Assembly: GCA_965223335.1 (NCBI GenBank)
Contig: OZ244991.1
Span: 352,001 to 416,000, forward strand
Source: Thermodesulfobacteriota bacterium
Lineage (GTDB): Bacteria > Desulfobacterota_D > UBA1144 > Nemesobacterales > UBA2774
Length of the DNA: 64,000 nt
Reading direction: 5' to 3'
The translations under genes and the position numbers were made by a program. Shown here in pieces: positions 47,198 to 57,917 of this stretch. The notes beneath the pieces were generated by a model that was given only the letters and a program-made list of their open reading frames with translations, searched no databases and was not told the DNA's origin. Positions within the stretch are counted from its first letter, which is position 1; each line of letters opens with the position of its first letter.

Positions 47198-47593
47198 TCA
47201 CCACCCCCACGGTGCTCCCATCCATCCCCAAAGCCCCACATTCATTGCGGCATCCTCATTCATGATCGCGGTCTGCTGTTCTGTATTGGCCAGATTGGAC
47301 TCGTACAGCATCTTTTCGTACCTTTGGTACGCGTCGGCATCACCCGTATACACACATTTACAGTTCTCGGGGTCCGCATACCAGTATAGGGGTTTGTTAT
47401 ACCTTATGCTGTACTCGATCTTATTAGGAGTAAGTGAGTTAAGTTTAGCCATCTGTTGTTCATTCTCCGCAGGCACCATCTTAAATCCCGCAGCGACCAG
47501 CATCTCCTCTGTGCTCTGGGTCTCGCTGTTTTTTACAGCTGCGCAACCCAATGTCATGATAACGAGCATTGCAAACAGCATGATCCTATTCAT
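47198..47593 (-). CDS. Hypothetical lipoprotein
   Basis: Lipobox TLGC, YADPENCKCVYTGD motif, Trp/Gly-rich tail; GAGGAG RBS. Confidence 0.75.
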   Translation of the reverse strand: MNRIMLFAMLVIMTLGCAAVKNSETQSTEEMLVAAGFKMVPAENEQQMAKLNSLTPNKIEYSIRYNKPLYWYADPENCKCVYTGDADAYQRYEKMLYESNLANTEQQTAIMNEDAAMNVGLWGWMGAPWGW

Positions 47594-47732
47594 AGCTTTC
47601 TCCTCTTTTTACCATTACTGAGGTTGTTTGATTTCGTCAAGTATCTCATGATCTATACATATTGACAAGCATCTATACAAAATGGAATAATGCACTAAAT
47701 AGTCAGCCATTAAATACCCCGGGTGGTGATTA

Positions 47733-48548
47733 TTGCTAGTACCTGACACGTTTTTAGGCGGGATCCTGGTCCTTTGGTTTCTACTAACCGCAGGCTCACT
47801 GCTATTTCTTCTCTACGACCTGTTCACCAACACCCCGTCCATGTGGGTAATGAAACTGGCGTGGATACTGATTGTGCTATATGCAGGCCCCATAGGGCTG
47901 TTCGTGTATATGCTCTCGTGTCGCCAGCCCATAGACGGCACCCACGATGAGTTCATTGCACCTCACTGGAAGCAGGCTGTGGGCTCACTCATACACTGTG
48001 TTGCAGGAGACGCCACGGGCATCATACTCGCCGCAGTTGTCACATATCATCTAGCGCTGCCAAACGGCATAGACCTCATCATAGAATACGCAACTGCATA
48101 CGTATTCGGCCTCTTTATATTCCAGGCGCTTTTTATGAAATCCTCGATGGGTGGCAGCTATCTGGGAGCGGTAAAGAACACAATTTACTCTGAAACAGTT
48201 TCGATGAATATGGTCATGGTAGGGATGATCCCCGTGATGGCAATTCTCAGAAGCAAGTTGCCGGGTGGTGATGATCCGAACGGACTTGTATTTTGGGGCA
48301 TAGCATCTTTAGCCGCAATAGCGGGGGGCATAACCGCGTACCCGATTAATTCATGGCTGGTACGAAGCGGCCTTAAGCACGGCATGCTCACAGCATCGTC
48401 TAGCACACCCACAGGAGGGCATGACATGCACATGATGCAACATAAACCCTCACCGGTTGTACTAACCGGTGTTATGATCGCGACTTTTGTGTGCCTGGCA
48501 CTGGTAATCTGGCTCACCTCGCGCGTGATCGTGCTCAGTCTCGGGTAA
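47733..48548 (+). CDS. DUF4396 domain membrane protein
   Basis: WKQAVGSLIHCVAGDATG, SETVSMN and AYPINSWLVRSGLKHGM motifs; His/Met-rich linker GGHDMHMMQH. Confidence 0.82.
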   Translation: MLVPDTFLGGILVLWFLLTAGSLLFLLYDLFTNTPSMWVMKLAWILIVLYAGPIGLFVYMLSCRQPIDGTHDEFIAPHWKQAVGSLIHCVAGDATGIILAAVVTYHLALPNGIDLIIEYATAYVFGLFIFQALFMKSSMGGSYLGAVKNTIYSETVSMNMVMVGMIPVMAILRSKLPGGDDPNGLVFWGIASLAAIAGGITAYPINSWLVRSGLKHGMLTASSSTPTGGHDMHMMQHKPSPVVLTGVMIATFVCLALVIWLTSRVIVLSLG

Positions 48549-48556
48549 CAACACGA

Positions 48557-49327
48557 CTAGACTATGTAAGCCAAAGCCGCCATTAAGCCAAGTCCACAAA
48601 TTACGGCTGCGAACTTAATCCACTCATTGCCGGGGATTGAGAACTCTTCCTCAATAATATCTAGCACTGAAACATATAGGAAAGTACCGGCTGCAAGCGA
48701 ATCGAACACACCTTCAAGCACACGCCCCGTGTGGCTTGAGAAAAGCTCTGCGATCCCCGAACCAAATAGAATCCCCATGGGTGTCATACAGCTAAAGAGC
48801 AATACTACACGTATGTGTTTTTTTAGAGCTATTGCCGCACGCCGAAGACTTATCCCCAACGCAAACGCTGCAGAGCCCTTATGTGCAATTATTGCGATAA
48901 ACAGAACTATCGATGCCATAAATGCTTTTTCGATCCCAAGCGTAATCCCTGCAATAAACGAATGTATCGAGAGCACTACTGCCAGTAAGTAGGGGTAATA
49001 CGACGGGGCCTCAGCTACTTTATCGAGATCGCGTGACTCCGTCTCGATAAATAGAACTTTTTCAATAAACAGCAGTACGGCCAGACTCAAAGCACATAAA
49101 AGCAATGCCAATGGGTATTGAGACTCGTTGGCCAAGAGCTCAATACCATCGGGTAACAGATGCAGCAAACCTGCACCTAGAAACACCCCTCCGGCGAGGG
49201 AGTTGCCTATAGAGAAAAACAGTTGGTTCGATTTTGTAACCTGGTAGCGAAGCGGGAATAACCCGCTAGCAAACCCGATAGAAAATACAATTAGTACGGC
49301 AAGTACTTTAAAATAGAAAATATCCAT
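48557..49327 (-). CDS. ZIP family metal transporter
   Basis: GVFLGAGLLHLLPD, LSIHSFIAG, IIAHKG and AAGTFLYV motifs. Confidence 0.9.
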   Translation of the reverse strand: MDIFYFKVLAVLIVFSIGFASGLFPLRYQVTKSNQLFFSIGNSLAGGVFLGAGLLHLLPDGIELLANESQYPLALLLCALSLAVLLFIEKVLFIETESRDLDKVAEAPSYYPYLLAVVLSIHSFIAGITLGIEKAFMASIVLFIAIIAHKGSAAFALGISLRRAAIALKKHIRVVLLFSCMTPMGILFGSGIAELFSSHTGRVLEGVFDSLAAGTFLYVSVLDIIEEEFSIPGNEWIKFAAVICGLGLMAALAYIV

Positions 49328-49340
49328 TGTTTAAGAGTTG

Positions 49341-52300
49341 TTACGCTTTAGAGACCCTCTCTCTAAGCCTCTCAATCAGCACATAAAACACCGGTACGAC
49401 GATTAAACTAAGAAGTGTTGAGAGTATCATCCCTCCGAACACCGCTGTGCCGAGCGAATGCCTGCTGTTGGCACCGGCCCCCGAAGCAAATACGAGCGGC
49501 AATACCCCCAAAATAAACGCAAATGCCGTCATGAGAATGGGACGAAGCCTTATTGTGGCAGCCTCCATCGCAGCCTCTACGACAGTAAGCCCCTCATCCC
49601 GCCGCCTCCTGGCAAACTCTACAATCAAGATTGCGTTTTTACTAGCCAGTCCGATCAGCATAACCAACCCGATTTGGCAGTACACATCGTTGGATAGCCC
49701 CCTAAGGTGCTGTGCCAAAAGTGCACCTAAGAGTGCCAGAGGCACAGCAAACATCACCATGAAGGGCATGGACCAGCTTTCGTATAGCGCAGCTAAGAAC
49801 AGAAACACAAACACAATCGACATAGCAAAGATCATGGGAGCCATATTGCCTGCCTTTATCTCCTGATACGATGTGCCCGACCACTCATAGCCCATCCCAT
49901 CGGGCAGTATCTCTGCTGCCAGCTCCTCCATGGCCTCGATAGCCTCGCCCGAGCTATAGCCCGGCGCCGCGTCACCGTCTATCTCGGCTGCGCGATAGAG
50001 GTTATAGTGGTAGATGGTCTCCGCTCCCACAACCGGTTTTATATCAATCAGCGTGCTAAGCGGCACCATCTCTCCCAGATTGTTACGCACATACAGTTTA
50101 GATATATCACGGGCATCCGAGCGAAAATCCTCCTCTGCCTGTATAAAAACCCTGTATACACGCCCGTATTTATTAAAGTCATTAACGTAGAGGGAGCCCA
50201 GATAGGCCTGGAGGGTGTCGAAAATATCCGATATGAGTATGCCCTGTGTCATAGCTTTTGTTCTATTGAGATCGACATAAATCCTGGGGATATTGTTATT
50301 AAAAGTACTGAATAGATCAACCAAATCGGGCCTCTGGCTCCCCTTACCTATCATCTCCCGAGTTACCTGTCCAAGAGTTTCCAAGCCCAAACTGTTTCGA
50401 TCCTGAAGCTCGAACTGGAACCCGCCGGTGGAGCTAAGCCCCTGTATAGGCGGTGCGTTAAACGCAATGAGTATGGCTCCCTGGATACCTGCGATTTTTT
50501 CTCTTACGCTGGCTAGTATGTTTTGGAACTGAAGCTTTGAGGTATTGCGCTTTGACCAAGGTTCGAGCACGGGGAAAATCGCCCCGCTGTTTGAGTCCGA
50601 TGCACCTGTGAGGAAATTCATCCCTGTGATCGATACAACATTTGCTACCCCGGGTGTGTCCTGCAGCATTTTCTCGGCCTGTTCCACTACCTCGTTTGTC
50701 CTGTCGAGCGATGCCCCCTCGGGCCCCTGTACATTGATAATAAAATAGCCCTGGTCCTCTTCCGGCACAAACCCCGTAGGCACGATCTTAAACATGTATA
50801 GTGTTAAGCCAAACAAAACCAGAAATACTGCTAAGAGTATCTTCCATCTTATAGTGAACAGATCTACCCATCCCGTATACGCCTCACGAAACATATCAAA
50901 CATGTCGTCAAACTTCCTAAACAACCAGTTTTTTTGCCCAGTCTCTTTTCTAAGGATCAAAGCACAAAGTGCCGGGCTTAGCGTAAGCGCATTTATAGCA
51001 GATATTCCCACGGCACACGCAATTGTAAGTGCAAACTGCCTATACAACTGCCCTGTGATACCGGGCATAAAAGAGACCGGAACAAACACTGCCATAAGCA
51101 CAAGCGATGTAGCTACAATAGGCCCGGTCACCTCTTTCATAGCCCGGCTTGTGGCCTCTTTTGGAGAGAGGCTCTCCTCCTGAATAATCCTGGACACATT
51201 CTCCACAACCACTATTGCATCGTCGACAACAAGCCCTATTGCCAACACAAGTCCAAAAAGCGTGAGGGTGTTAATCGAGAATCCAAGCGCATTGATAAGT
51301 GCGAAAGTCCCGATTAACGAGACCGGTATCGTAATGGCAGGGATGAGTGTAGACCTAAAGTTCTGAAGAAATATGAAAACAACAAGAAACACCAGTATGA
51401 AGGCCTCAAACAGTGTGATCACAACCTCGGTGATCGACGCTTTCACAAACGATGTCGTGTCATAAATGATCCGGTACTCCACGCCCTCGGGAAAGCTCTT
51501 CGATAGCTCTTCCATCTTTGCCCGGACCTGCTTATCGATATCGAGCGCATTAGCACCCGGGAGCTGATATATCCCGATCCCTATAGCCTCTATACCATCT
51601 AGCTTGCTTATGGTGCTATAGTCCTCGGCCCCAAGCTCCACCCTTCCGATATCCTTCACACGAACCACGGTACCGTCGGGATTGGCACGGATTATTATTT
51701 CTTCGAACTCTTCTACGGTATCGAGTCTGCCGAGTGCGCTCACCGTGTACTGGAATTTTTGCCCCTTAGGAAATGGAGGCTCACCGATAGAGCCTGCTGC
51801 AACCTGAACGTTCTGCTGCTCTATTGCACCCACAACATCGTTCGTGGTAAGCCCGAGGCTTGCCAATTTATCTGGGTTCATCCACACACGCATCGAGTAT
51901 GTACGCTCTCCCCAGATCGTTAGATTCCCCACGCCGGGGATTCTTTTTAGCACATCCTCGATATGTATATCGATATAGTTGCTGAGGTATACACCGTCAC
52001 GGCTGCCGTCTGGGGATATCAGGTGCACTGCCAAGATGAGGCTTGTGGACTGCTTATTTACCGATATACCGTACTTGCTTACCTCCTCCGGCACCCTGGG
52101 CTTTGCTAGCTCTACTCTATTTTGCACGTCCACAGCGGCAATATCGAGATCGTAGCCGATCTTGAATGTCACTGTAATAGTCATGGTACCGTCATCGGAG
52201 CTGTTAGACGACATATAGGTCATTCCCTCTACACCGTTTATCTGCTCCTCTATCGGGGTGGTTACGGTCTGTTCAACCACCTCGGCGCTGGCACCTGTAT

Positions 52301-52445
52301 ACGTGGCCGTTACGCTCACAGTGGGTGGGGCGATTTGAGGAAACTGCGCAATGGGCAATAGAGGGATGCATATTGCTCCTACTAGTGTTATCAGTATTGC
52401 CACGACAGTTGCAAGAACAGGGCGGTTTATAAAAAAATCAACCAA
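49341..52445 (-). CDS. RND efflux transporter permease (HAE1/AcrB family)
   Basis: FFINRPV, GLVVDDAIVVVENV, KNAILIVEFA and RLRPILMT motifs; TTG start with GGAGG RBS. Confidence 0.96.
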   Translation of the reverse strand: MVDFFINRPVLATVVAILITLVGAICIPLLPIAQFPQIAPPTVSVTATYTGASAEVVEQTVTTPIEEQINGVEGMTYMSSNSSDDGTMTITVTFKIGYDLDIAAVDVQNRVELAKPRVPEEVSKYGISVNKQSTSLILAVHLISPDGSRDGVYLSNYIDIHIEDVLKRIPGVGNLTIWGERTYSMRVWMNPDKLASLGLTTNDVVGAIEQQNVQVAAGSIGEPPFPKGQKFQYTVSALGRLDTVEEFEEIIIRANPDGTVVRVKDIGRVELGAEDYSTISKLDGIEAIGIGIYQLPGANALDIDKQVRAKMEELSKSFPEGVEYRIIYDTTSFVKASITEVVITLFEAFILVFLVVFIFLQNFRSTLIPAITIPVSLIGTFALINALGFSINTLTLFGLVLAIGLVVDDAIVVVENVSRIIQEESLSPKEATSRAMKEVTGPIVATSLVLMAVFVPVSFMPGITGQLYRQFALTIACAVGISAINALTLSPALCALILRKETGQKNWLFRKFDDMFDMFREAYTGWVDLFTIRWKILLAVFLVLFGLTLYMFKIVPTGFVPEEDQGYFIINVQGPEGASLDRTNEVVEQAEKMLQDTPGVANVVSITGMNFLTGASDSNSGAIFPVLEPWSKRNTSKLQFQNILASVREKIAGIQGAILIAFNAPPIQGLSSTGGFQFELQDRNSLGLETLGQVTREMIGKGSQRPDLVDLFSTFNNNIPRIYVDLNRTKAMTQGILISDIFDTLQAYLGSLYVNDFNKYGRVYRVFIQAEEDFRSDARDISKLYVRNNLGEMVPLSTLIDIKPVVGAETIYHYNLYRAAEIDGDAAPGYSSGEAIEAMEELAAEILPDGMGYEWSGTSYQEIKAGNMAPMIFAMSIVFVFLFLAALYESWSMPFMVMFAVPLALLGALLAQHLRGLSNDVYCQIGLVMLIGLASKNAILIVEFARRRRDEGLTVVEAAMEAATIRLRPILMTAFAFILGVLPLVFASGAGANSRHSLGTAVFGGMILSTLLSLIVVPVFYVLIERLRERVSKA

Positions 52446-52480
52446 ACGAGACCTCCATATCCATTCCCCAGATGATCAGT

Positions 52481-53665
52481 TTACTTTGCGTTCTCCTTAG
52501 GTTTAGGAGTTTTTTGTGCTTCAAATTTTTTTTGAGACGCAAATTGAGGCTTTACCTTCTGGCCGGGTTTTACCTTCTGTAGTCCGTCAATGATTACTAT
52601 TTCACCCACTTTAAGTCCTTTATAAACAATCCGCATCTCCTTATAAGTCGGACCCACCTCTACTGTTTTCGAATCCACTACGTTGCCGTCATCCACCGCC
52701 AAAACATATGCCCCACCCTGCTGTTCCCTGACCGCCTCGGCGGGTACTAAAAGGGTGTTGGGACGCTCACCCAAAATTAGTCGCACCTCTACAAATTGAC
52801 CGGGCAAGAGTGTCTTGTCGGGGTTGGAAATAGTTGCTCGCATTGTTACGGTTCCGGTATTGATATCTATCTCGTTATCTATGAAATCAACCTTTCCTTT
52901 ATATGTATGCGTATCATCCTTTGCCAGTCTTACGTCTACAGCCATCGAGCCCTTTTTCTCTGCGCTCAATATGCGGGGAATATCCCTCTCGCTCACGCTG
53001 AAATAGACATACAATGGGTCCATCTGTACAATTGTCGCAAGTTTGGTGGCCTCACCCCCGGCACCTACCAGGTTCCCGACATCCACATAGCGCCTTCCTA
53101 TACGGCCATCGAATGGTGCCCTCATGGTACAATAGCCCAGGTTTAACCGCGCAGTTGTTACATTTGCCATATCCTCTTTTACTGTGGCCTCGGCCTCTTT
53201 GGCCAGCGTACGGTACTCGTCGTATGAGTCCTGTGTAATAAACTCTTTTTCCACTAGAGGCTTATATCGCACCACCTGTTCGCGGGCATATGCGAGTGTG
53301 GCCTTGTCTTGAGCCAACTTGGCCAATGCGGCATCCAACTCTGCCTCAAATGGACGCTGGTCGATCACAAAAAGCAGATCTCCTTCATTAACATCAGCTC
53401 CGTCTTTAAATGCCCTCTCTACCAAAAACCCCTCTACCCTCGCATTTATATCCACAGATCGTATAGACTGGATAGTGCCCACATACTCCAGGTAAACCGG
53501 GACGGTTGATTCGGTAACCTTGGCTACTGTGACAGCGGGTGTCGGCAGTGCTTGCTCCTTATCGCCCTTGCGGCACGAGCCAGAAAACAATAAAAGTACT
53601 AAGCAGAACGCTAGGACCGATGCAGTATAAAGATTATTGTTTTGCGATAATTTAATTGAGATCAA
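52481..53665 (-). CDS. RND efflux periplasmic adaptor (membrane fusion protein)
   Basis: Lipobox-like SGSC, ARVEG, APFDGRIG, LLPGQFV and DGLQKV motifs. Confidence 0.94.
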   Translation of the reverse strand: MISIKLSQNNNLYTASVLAFCLVLLLFSGSCRKGDKEQALPTPAVTVAKVTESTVPVYLEYVGTIQSIRSVDINARVEGFLVERAFKDGADVNEGDLLFVIDQRPFEAELDAALAKLAQDKATLAYAREQVVRYKPLVEKEFITQDSYDEYRTLAKEAEATVKEDMANVTTARLNLGYCTMRAPFDGRIGRRYVDVGNLVGAGGEATKLATIVQMDPLYVYFSVSERDIPRILSAEKKGSMAVDVRLAKDDTHTYKGKVDFIDNEIDINTGTVTMRATISNPDKTLLPGQFVEVRLILGERPNTLLVPAEAVREQQGGAYVLAVDDGNVVDSKTVEVGPTYKEMRIVYKGLKVGEIVIIDGLQKVKPGQKVKPQFASQKKFEAQKTPKPKENAK

Positions 53666-55149
53666 TTTTCTCCTCCATTTGTTTTCGGAGCACTATCCTC
53701 GTTTAACTCCAGAGACTCAATGTCGGTTCCCACTGCATTTAGAAGGTTTGCATAGGATATGAATATCTCGGTTACCGATTGGACTTCCTGCGCCCGTGCC
53801 TCGGCCAATGTGGTCTGAGCATTCAGCAACTCTACAATATCCCCCACACCGGATCTGTAACGTGTGAGAGAGGCCTCGTAGGATTCCGCAGCGCTTGCTA
53901 ATAAGGTTCTTGCAGCCTCAAGGGATTCGACAGCGGTCTTAAAATTGTAATATGAATCCCAGACCTCATCGATTACGATCTGCTCCTGCAATTTCAGAGC
54001 AGCCTTTGCAGACTCAAGCTCAGACTCGGCTTGGCGAACCGAGTTTATTAACGAGAAACCCTGGAATATAGGGACCTGTAACTGAAGCCCTACCAAATAG
54101 TTATTAAAAAAATCACTAGACTGATTCTCGGGCCATACAAACCACCTAACAATCTGAGCGGTGGCACTAAGCTCGGGCCAGAGTTCTGATTTTGCCTCCC
54201 TGACAAGTGCCTCTTTTCTTAGCACATTAGCCTGTACCGCAGCCAAAGCGGGCCTGTTGTTCTTGGCAAGATCAATCAACCCGTCTACACTCTCGCTCAA
54301 GGCTTCGATCGGTGGTTCCTCTATCGGATCAACCACCTCGAACTCCGTGTTGGACGGCCACCCCACCTGCGTGGCCAAGTTACCCTTGGATATCTCCACA
54401 AGCCCCTTATCCGACACGAGGTCCAACTGCACCTGTGACAGAGTGGCCTTGGCCTGAAGCACATCAGGCACAGTACCCACACCGGCTTCAAGTCTAAGGT
54501 CCGCAGCCTCAAGGCTAGTCTCGGCCTCCTCAAGGTTGCTTTCGTCAGCTTCAACAAGTGCCTGACTACCTATATATGTGTAATAAGCCACCGCAACTTC
54601 TCTAAGCACGTTTTGGATTGCCTGGTTCTGGTTCCAGTTGGCATTTAGCAGTGCTAACCGAGCGGCGTCGATCTCAGCCGACCTGCCCCCGAAATCAAGC
54701 AAGAGGTAGTTAAGCGAGAGCCCGAACTGTCCATACTGTTCGTCAAACGGGTCTTTCCCCCGGCTTGTCCCCCCTCCCGTTTCATAGAAGTAGCCCGCCA
54801 CACCTGCGATGTTGGGGTAGTAAAGCCCTCTGGCCTCGGCCCAAGCAGCCGCAGCAGCGCGTGCATCCTGCCAAGCCTGTTCGGTTGTAGGATTATTCGC
54901 CAGGGCTATATCCAGTAGCTGTGACAGCGTTAATGCACTCGTATCCAGCTCCGTAGGATCATGTGAGGTTATGGGATCATTTGTAGGAAACGACTCGTTT
55001 AACTCCTTGTCCGACGGCTCCCAGTATTCCCCCGGAGAGTCGGTAGTGGATGAATAGGGGTTCAGTTCGGGTAGACCATTAGCGCAAGAAATCAGTAGTA
55101 GACCGATTGCAATATATTTAGCACTGAGTATCAGGTCTTTCCCAAACAT
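53662..55149 (-). CDS. TolC family outer-membrane efflux lipoprotein
   Basis: Lipobox LISC, LDIALANNP, LLDFGGR and RYRSGVGDIVELLNAQ motifs. Confidence 0.93.
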   Translation of the reverse strand: MFGKDLILSAKYIAIGLLLISCANGLPELNPYSSTTDSPGEYWEPSDKELNESFPTNDPITSHDPTELDTSALTLSQLLDIALANNPTTEQAWQDARAAAAAWAEARGLYYPNIAGVAGYFYETGGGTSRGKDPFDEQYGQFGLSLNYLLLDFGGRSAEIDAARLALLNANWNQNQAIQNVLREVAVAYYTYIGSQALVEADESNLEEAETSLEAADLRLEAGVGTVPDVLQAKATLSQVQLDLVSDKGLVEISKGNLATQVGWPSNTEFEVVDPIEEPPIEALSESVDGLIDLAKNNRPALAAVQANVLRKEALVREAKSELWPELSATAQIVRWFVWPENQSSDFFNNYLVGLQLQVPIFQGFSLINSVRQAESELESAKAALKLQEQIVIDEVWDSYYNFKTAVESLEAARTLLASAAESYEASLTRYRSGVGDIVELLNAQTTLAEARAQEVQSVTEIFISYANLLNAVGTDIESLELNEDSAPKTNGGEN

Positions 55150-55235
55150 ACCTACCTTTCCCCAAAAATACGGTAAATATAAAGAGAGTAACTAGTGAAA
55201 TGTAGAGATAACGATTAGCACCCAAACACTTTCAA

Positions 55236-55265
55236 ATTGTAATCGTGTACTCGATGTATTGTCAA
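55236..55265 (-). promoter_or_regulatory. Putative sigma70 promoter of the tolC-adaptor-RND operon
   Basis: Minus strand TTGACA-N18-TACAAT. Confidence 0.55.
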
Positions 55266-55302
55266 GGAAATGCTCGCTGGGTTGATCTGGGGAACGAAAA
55301 GA

Positions 55303-55623
55303 CTATGATTCGGCTATTTGACTGTTTATAGACTCGGCACTTTTCTTTGCATCAATTATAGAGTAAACCCAAATCCCAAGGCTAATGATTGAGTATATGA
55401 GAACCTTATTTAATATAGATTGATCAATAGGAGTACCATTCGTTATTTTATCTAAGGAACTGTAAATCACTTTAAAAGGCGCATACATCAGATATGTTAC
55501 GAAACTATAGCCTGCTAAAAACAGAACTCCTTTTATTATCTGACGATTATATGCTTGCCCCAACCCCGGCACTATAGCAGATAAAATCATTGCGATTAAA
55601 GGATTTTTAGGTTTTGGTTTCAT
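55303..55623 (-). CDS. Small membrane protein (TM2/DUF5683-like)
   Basis: KNPLIAMILSAIVPGLGQAYN...KG and WVYSIIDA motifs; very AT-rich DNA. Confidence 0.75.
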   Translation of the reverse strand: MKPKPKNPLIAMILSAIVPGLGQAYNRQIIKGVLFLAGYSFVTYLMYAPFKVIYSSLDKITNGTPIDQSILNKVLIYSIISLGIWVYSIIDAKKSAESINSQIAES

Positions 55624-55630
55624 ATCAATC

Positions 55631-56413
55631 TCAAGCGCAGGCTTCGTACATCCTTTTTAGTTCATGACCCGGGTCAGGTGCCTTCATAAACGCCTCGCCA
55701 ATGAGAAAAACACCGATACCCTTATCAAATAACTCCTTAATAACTTCGGGCGAGCTTATACCGCTCTCAGCAATTACTATTTTGTGGTCGGGAACCCTCT
55801 TGGACAGCTCTAAAGACACATTGATATCCACATCAAATGTCCGCAAATCCCTGTTATTAATACCGATAATACGTGCATCAGCATCCAAAGCATCGTCTAG
55901 CTCCGCATCATTATGAACCTCTACAATCGCATTCATACCCAGCTCACGCGTGAGGACCAGAAGATCTTTTATCAGAGGTAAATCAAGACACGCCACGATA
56001 AGCAAAATAGCGTCTGCCCCATATGCCCTGGCTTCGTACACCTGATAGGGGTCGACTATAAAATCCTTTCTCAGAAGCGGGGCATCCACTGCTTCTCTTA
56101 CGTTTTTTAGATAATCGAGACTGCCCTCAAAATAGTTTACGTCGGTAAGCACGGATATCGCAGCCGCCCCATTTCGAGCATAGCTTTTGGCGATCTCTAC
56201 AGGGTCGAAGTCCTCTCTCAGCACCCCTTTAGACGGAGAGGATTTTTTAATCTCAGATATTATCCTTATTCGGTTATCAGGTTTTATAGAGTTAAAAAAA
56301 TCCTTAGGATCTATTTGCTCATTGGCTTTCGCCATTAAGTCGTTTATGCCGATCTTTGCTTTCGATCTATGTAATTCGATCCGCTTGTTCTCTACAATTT
56401 CGTCTAAAATCAT
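55631..56413 (-). CDS. trpC: Indole-3-glycerol phosphate synthase
   Basis: EIKKSSPSKG, ISVLTD, LRKDFI, GINNRDL and AESGI motifs. Confidence 0.97.
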   Translation of the reverse strand: MILDEIVENKRIELHRSKAKIGINDLMAKANEQIDPKDFFNSIKPDNRIRIISEIKKSSPSKGVLREDFDPVEIAKSYARNGAAAISVLTDVNYFEGSLDYLKNVREAVDAPLLRKDFIVDPYQVYEARAYGADAILLIVACLDLPLIKDLLVLTRELGMNAIVEVHNDAELDDALDADARIIGINNRDLRTFDVDINVSLELSKRVPDHKIVIAESGISSPEVIKELFDKGIGVFLIGEAFMKAPDPGHELKRMYEACA

Positions 56414-56446
56414 AATGTGGTTTGTAAATCAGAGTTTATACGAACC

Positions 56447-57466
56447 TTAGTTTAATTTAGCGGTGGTGTTTTTTAGTTCCTCTAACTTGGCCATGGCTTT
56501 GCCGGAATCAATCGATTCTCGGGCCATTTCCAAGGCCTGGCCGAGCTCATCTGCAACGTCGGCTACAACTATTGCCGCCGCGGCATTCAATAGCGCAATA
56601 TCCCTTTTGGATCCCTGCTCCTCGGCTCTTAGAATTGATAACAGTATGTTTGCGTTATCGTCCAGGCTCCCGCCCTTTAGCTCCTCGGGTTTGCCTTTTT
56701 TGATGCCGTACTCGGTGGGGTCCAAGTAGTATTTCTTTGTCATCCCCTCCTTAAGCTCTGCTATGGTAGTTTTACCGGTCACCGTGATCTCATCCAGCGC
56801 ATCCGACCCATGTACCACCATGGCTCTTTTGTAATCTAGATTTCTAAACACCTTCACCACAGGCTCTACCAATGTTTCGCTATACACCCCCATAACCTGG
56901 CGCTTTACCCCAGCCGGGTTAACAATGGGCCCGAGGATATTGAATATGGTCCTAATCCCGACCTCTTTTCTCGAAGTGGCTACGTGTTTCATAGCCGTAT
57001 GAAACACGGGGGCAAATAAAAACACAATACCCGTTTCTTCTAGGCATTTTTCAGCCGACTGCGGGGAAATATTGATGTTTATACCCAGTTTCTCTAGTAC
57101 ATCGGCACTGCCCACCAAACTCGATATCGACCGGTTGCCGTGCTTGGCCACCGTCACCCCCGCACCCGCGGCAATAAAAGCAGCGGTTGTGGATATGTTA
57201 AAAGTGCCCTGCTGGTCCCCGCCTGTGCCGCACAGGTCCACAATATCGCGCTCTGTGCTTACCTTCTGGGCTTTCTCTAGCATTGTGCGCGCCGCACCAG
57301 TGATCTCGGATATCGATTCTCCCTTCATGCGCAGCCCTACTAACAACGCGGCCATCTGCGAGTCAGTAGCCCTGCCCTCCATCATCTCGTCCAGCACCTC
57401 GGACATCTCCTCTTCTTCCAAATCAATATGTTCTACTATCTTAGCTATAGATTCCTTAATCATCAT
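56447..57466 (-). CDS. trpD: Anthranilate phosphoribosyltransferase
   Basis: DLCGTGGD, FNIST, KHGNRS, GSADVLE and RTIFNILGP motifs. Confidence 0.97.
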   Translation of the reverse strand: MMIKESIAKIVEHIDLEEEEMSEVLDEMMEGRATDSQMAALLVGLRMKGESISEITGAARTMLEKAQKVSTERDIVDLCGTGGDQQGTFNISTTAAFIAAGAGVTVAKHGNRSISSLVGSADVLEKLGININISPQSAEKCLEETGIVFLFAPVFHTAMKHVATSRKEVGIRTIFNILGPIVNPAGVKRQVMGVYSETLVEPVVKVFRNLDYKRAMVVHGSDALDEITVTGKTTIAELKEGMTKKYYLDPTEYGIKKGKPEELKGGSLDDNANILLSILRAEEQGSKRDIALLNAAAAIVVADVADELGQALEMARESIDSGKAMAKLEELKNTTAKLN

Positions 57467-57903
57467 AATTCACCTTTATCCCATGCGAGCCTTACACTGT
57501 CGAGTATGCCGTTTATGAACGACCCTGATTCCTCTGTGCCATAAATCTTTCCCAGTTCCACAGCCTCGTTTATCGTCACCGGTGTGGGAATACTATCCAT
57601 ATATATCAGTTCATAAATCGCCATTCTAAGAATGTTTCTGTCGATTCTAGACATTCTGGACAAACTCCAATGCTTAGAGTATTTCGTGATTATATCATCA
57701 ATACTCTTTAAATTGGAATACGATCCCTTAATTAGTATGGAAGAAAATTCTTTAGTCTCATCATCTAGTTTTGGGTGGTTGGATTCCCAATAATACGATA
57801 TTGCACTCTCTAACTCCGAAGGATCACTGTACTGTTCATCAGAAGAATCTATTTGATATAAAAATTGGAGCGAAAGCTCTCTAGCGCGTCTTCTGGTGCC
57901 CAT
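57463..57903 (-). CDS. nusB: Transcription antitermination factor NusB
   Basis: RRRARELSLQFLYQ, DRNILR, INEAVEL and FINGILD motifs. Confidence 0.96.
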   Translation of the reverse strand: MGTRRRARELSLQFLYQIDSSDEQYSDPSELESAISYYWESNHPKLDDETKEFSSILIKGSYSNLKSIDDIITKYSKHWSLSRMSRIDRNILRMAIYELIYMDSIPTPVTINEAVELGKIYGTEESGSFINGILDSVRLAWDKGEL

Positions 57904-57917
57904 GAGTTTTTATTACA

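Noticed and set aside
47628..47640. FNR/Crp-like box TTGATTTCGTCAA
   Set aside because: The spacing is one base short of TTGAT-N4-ATCAA, and the sequence is also explained as a minus-strand -35 element.
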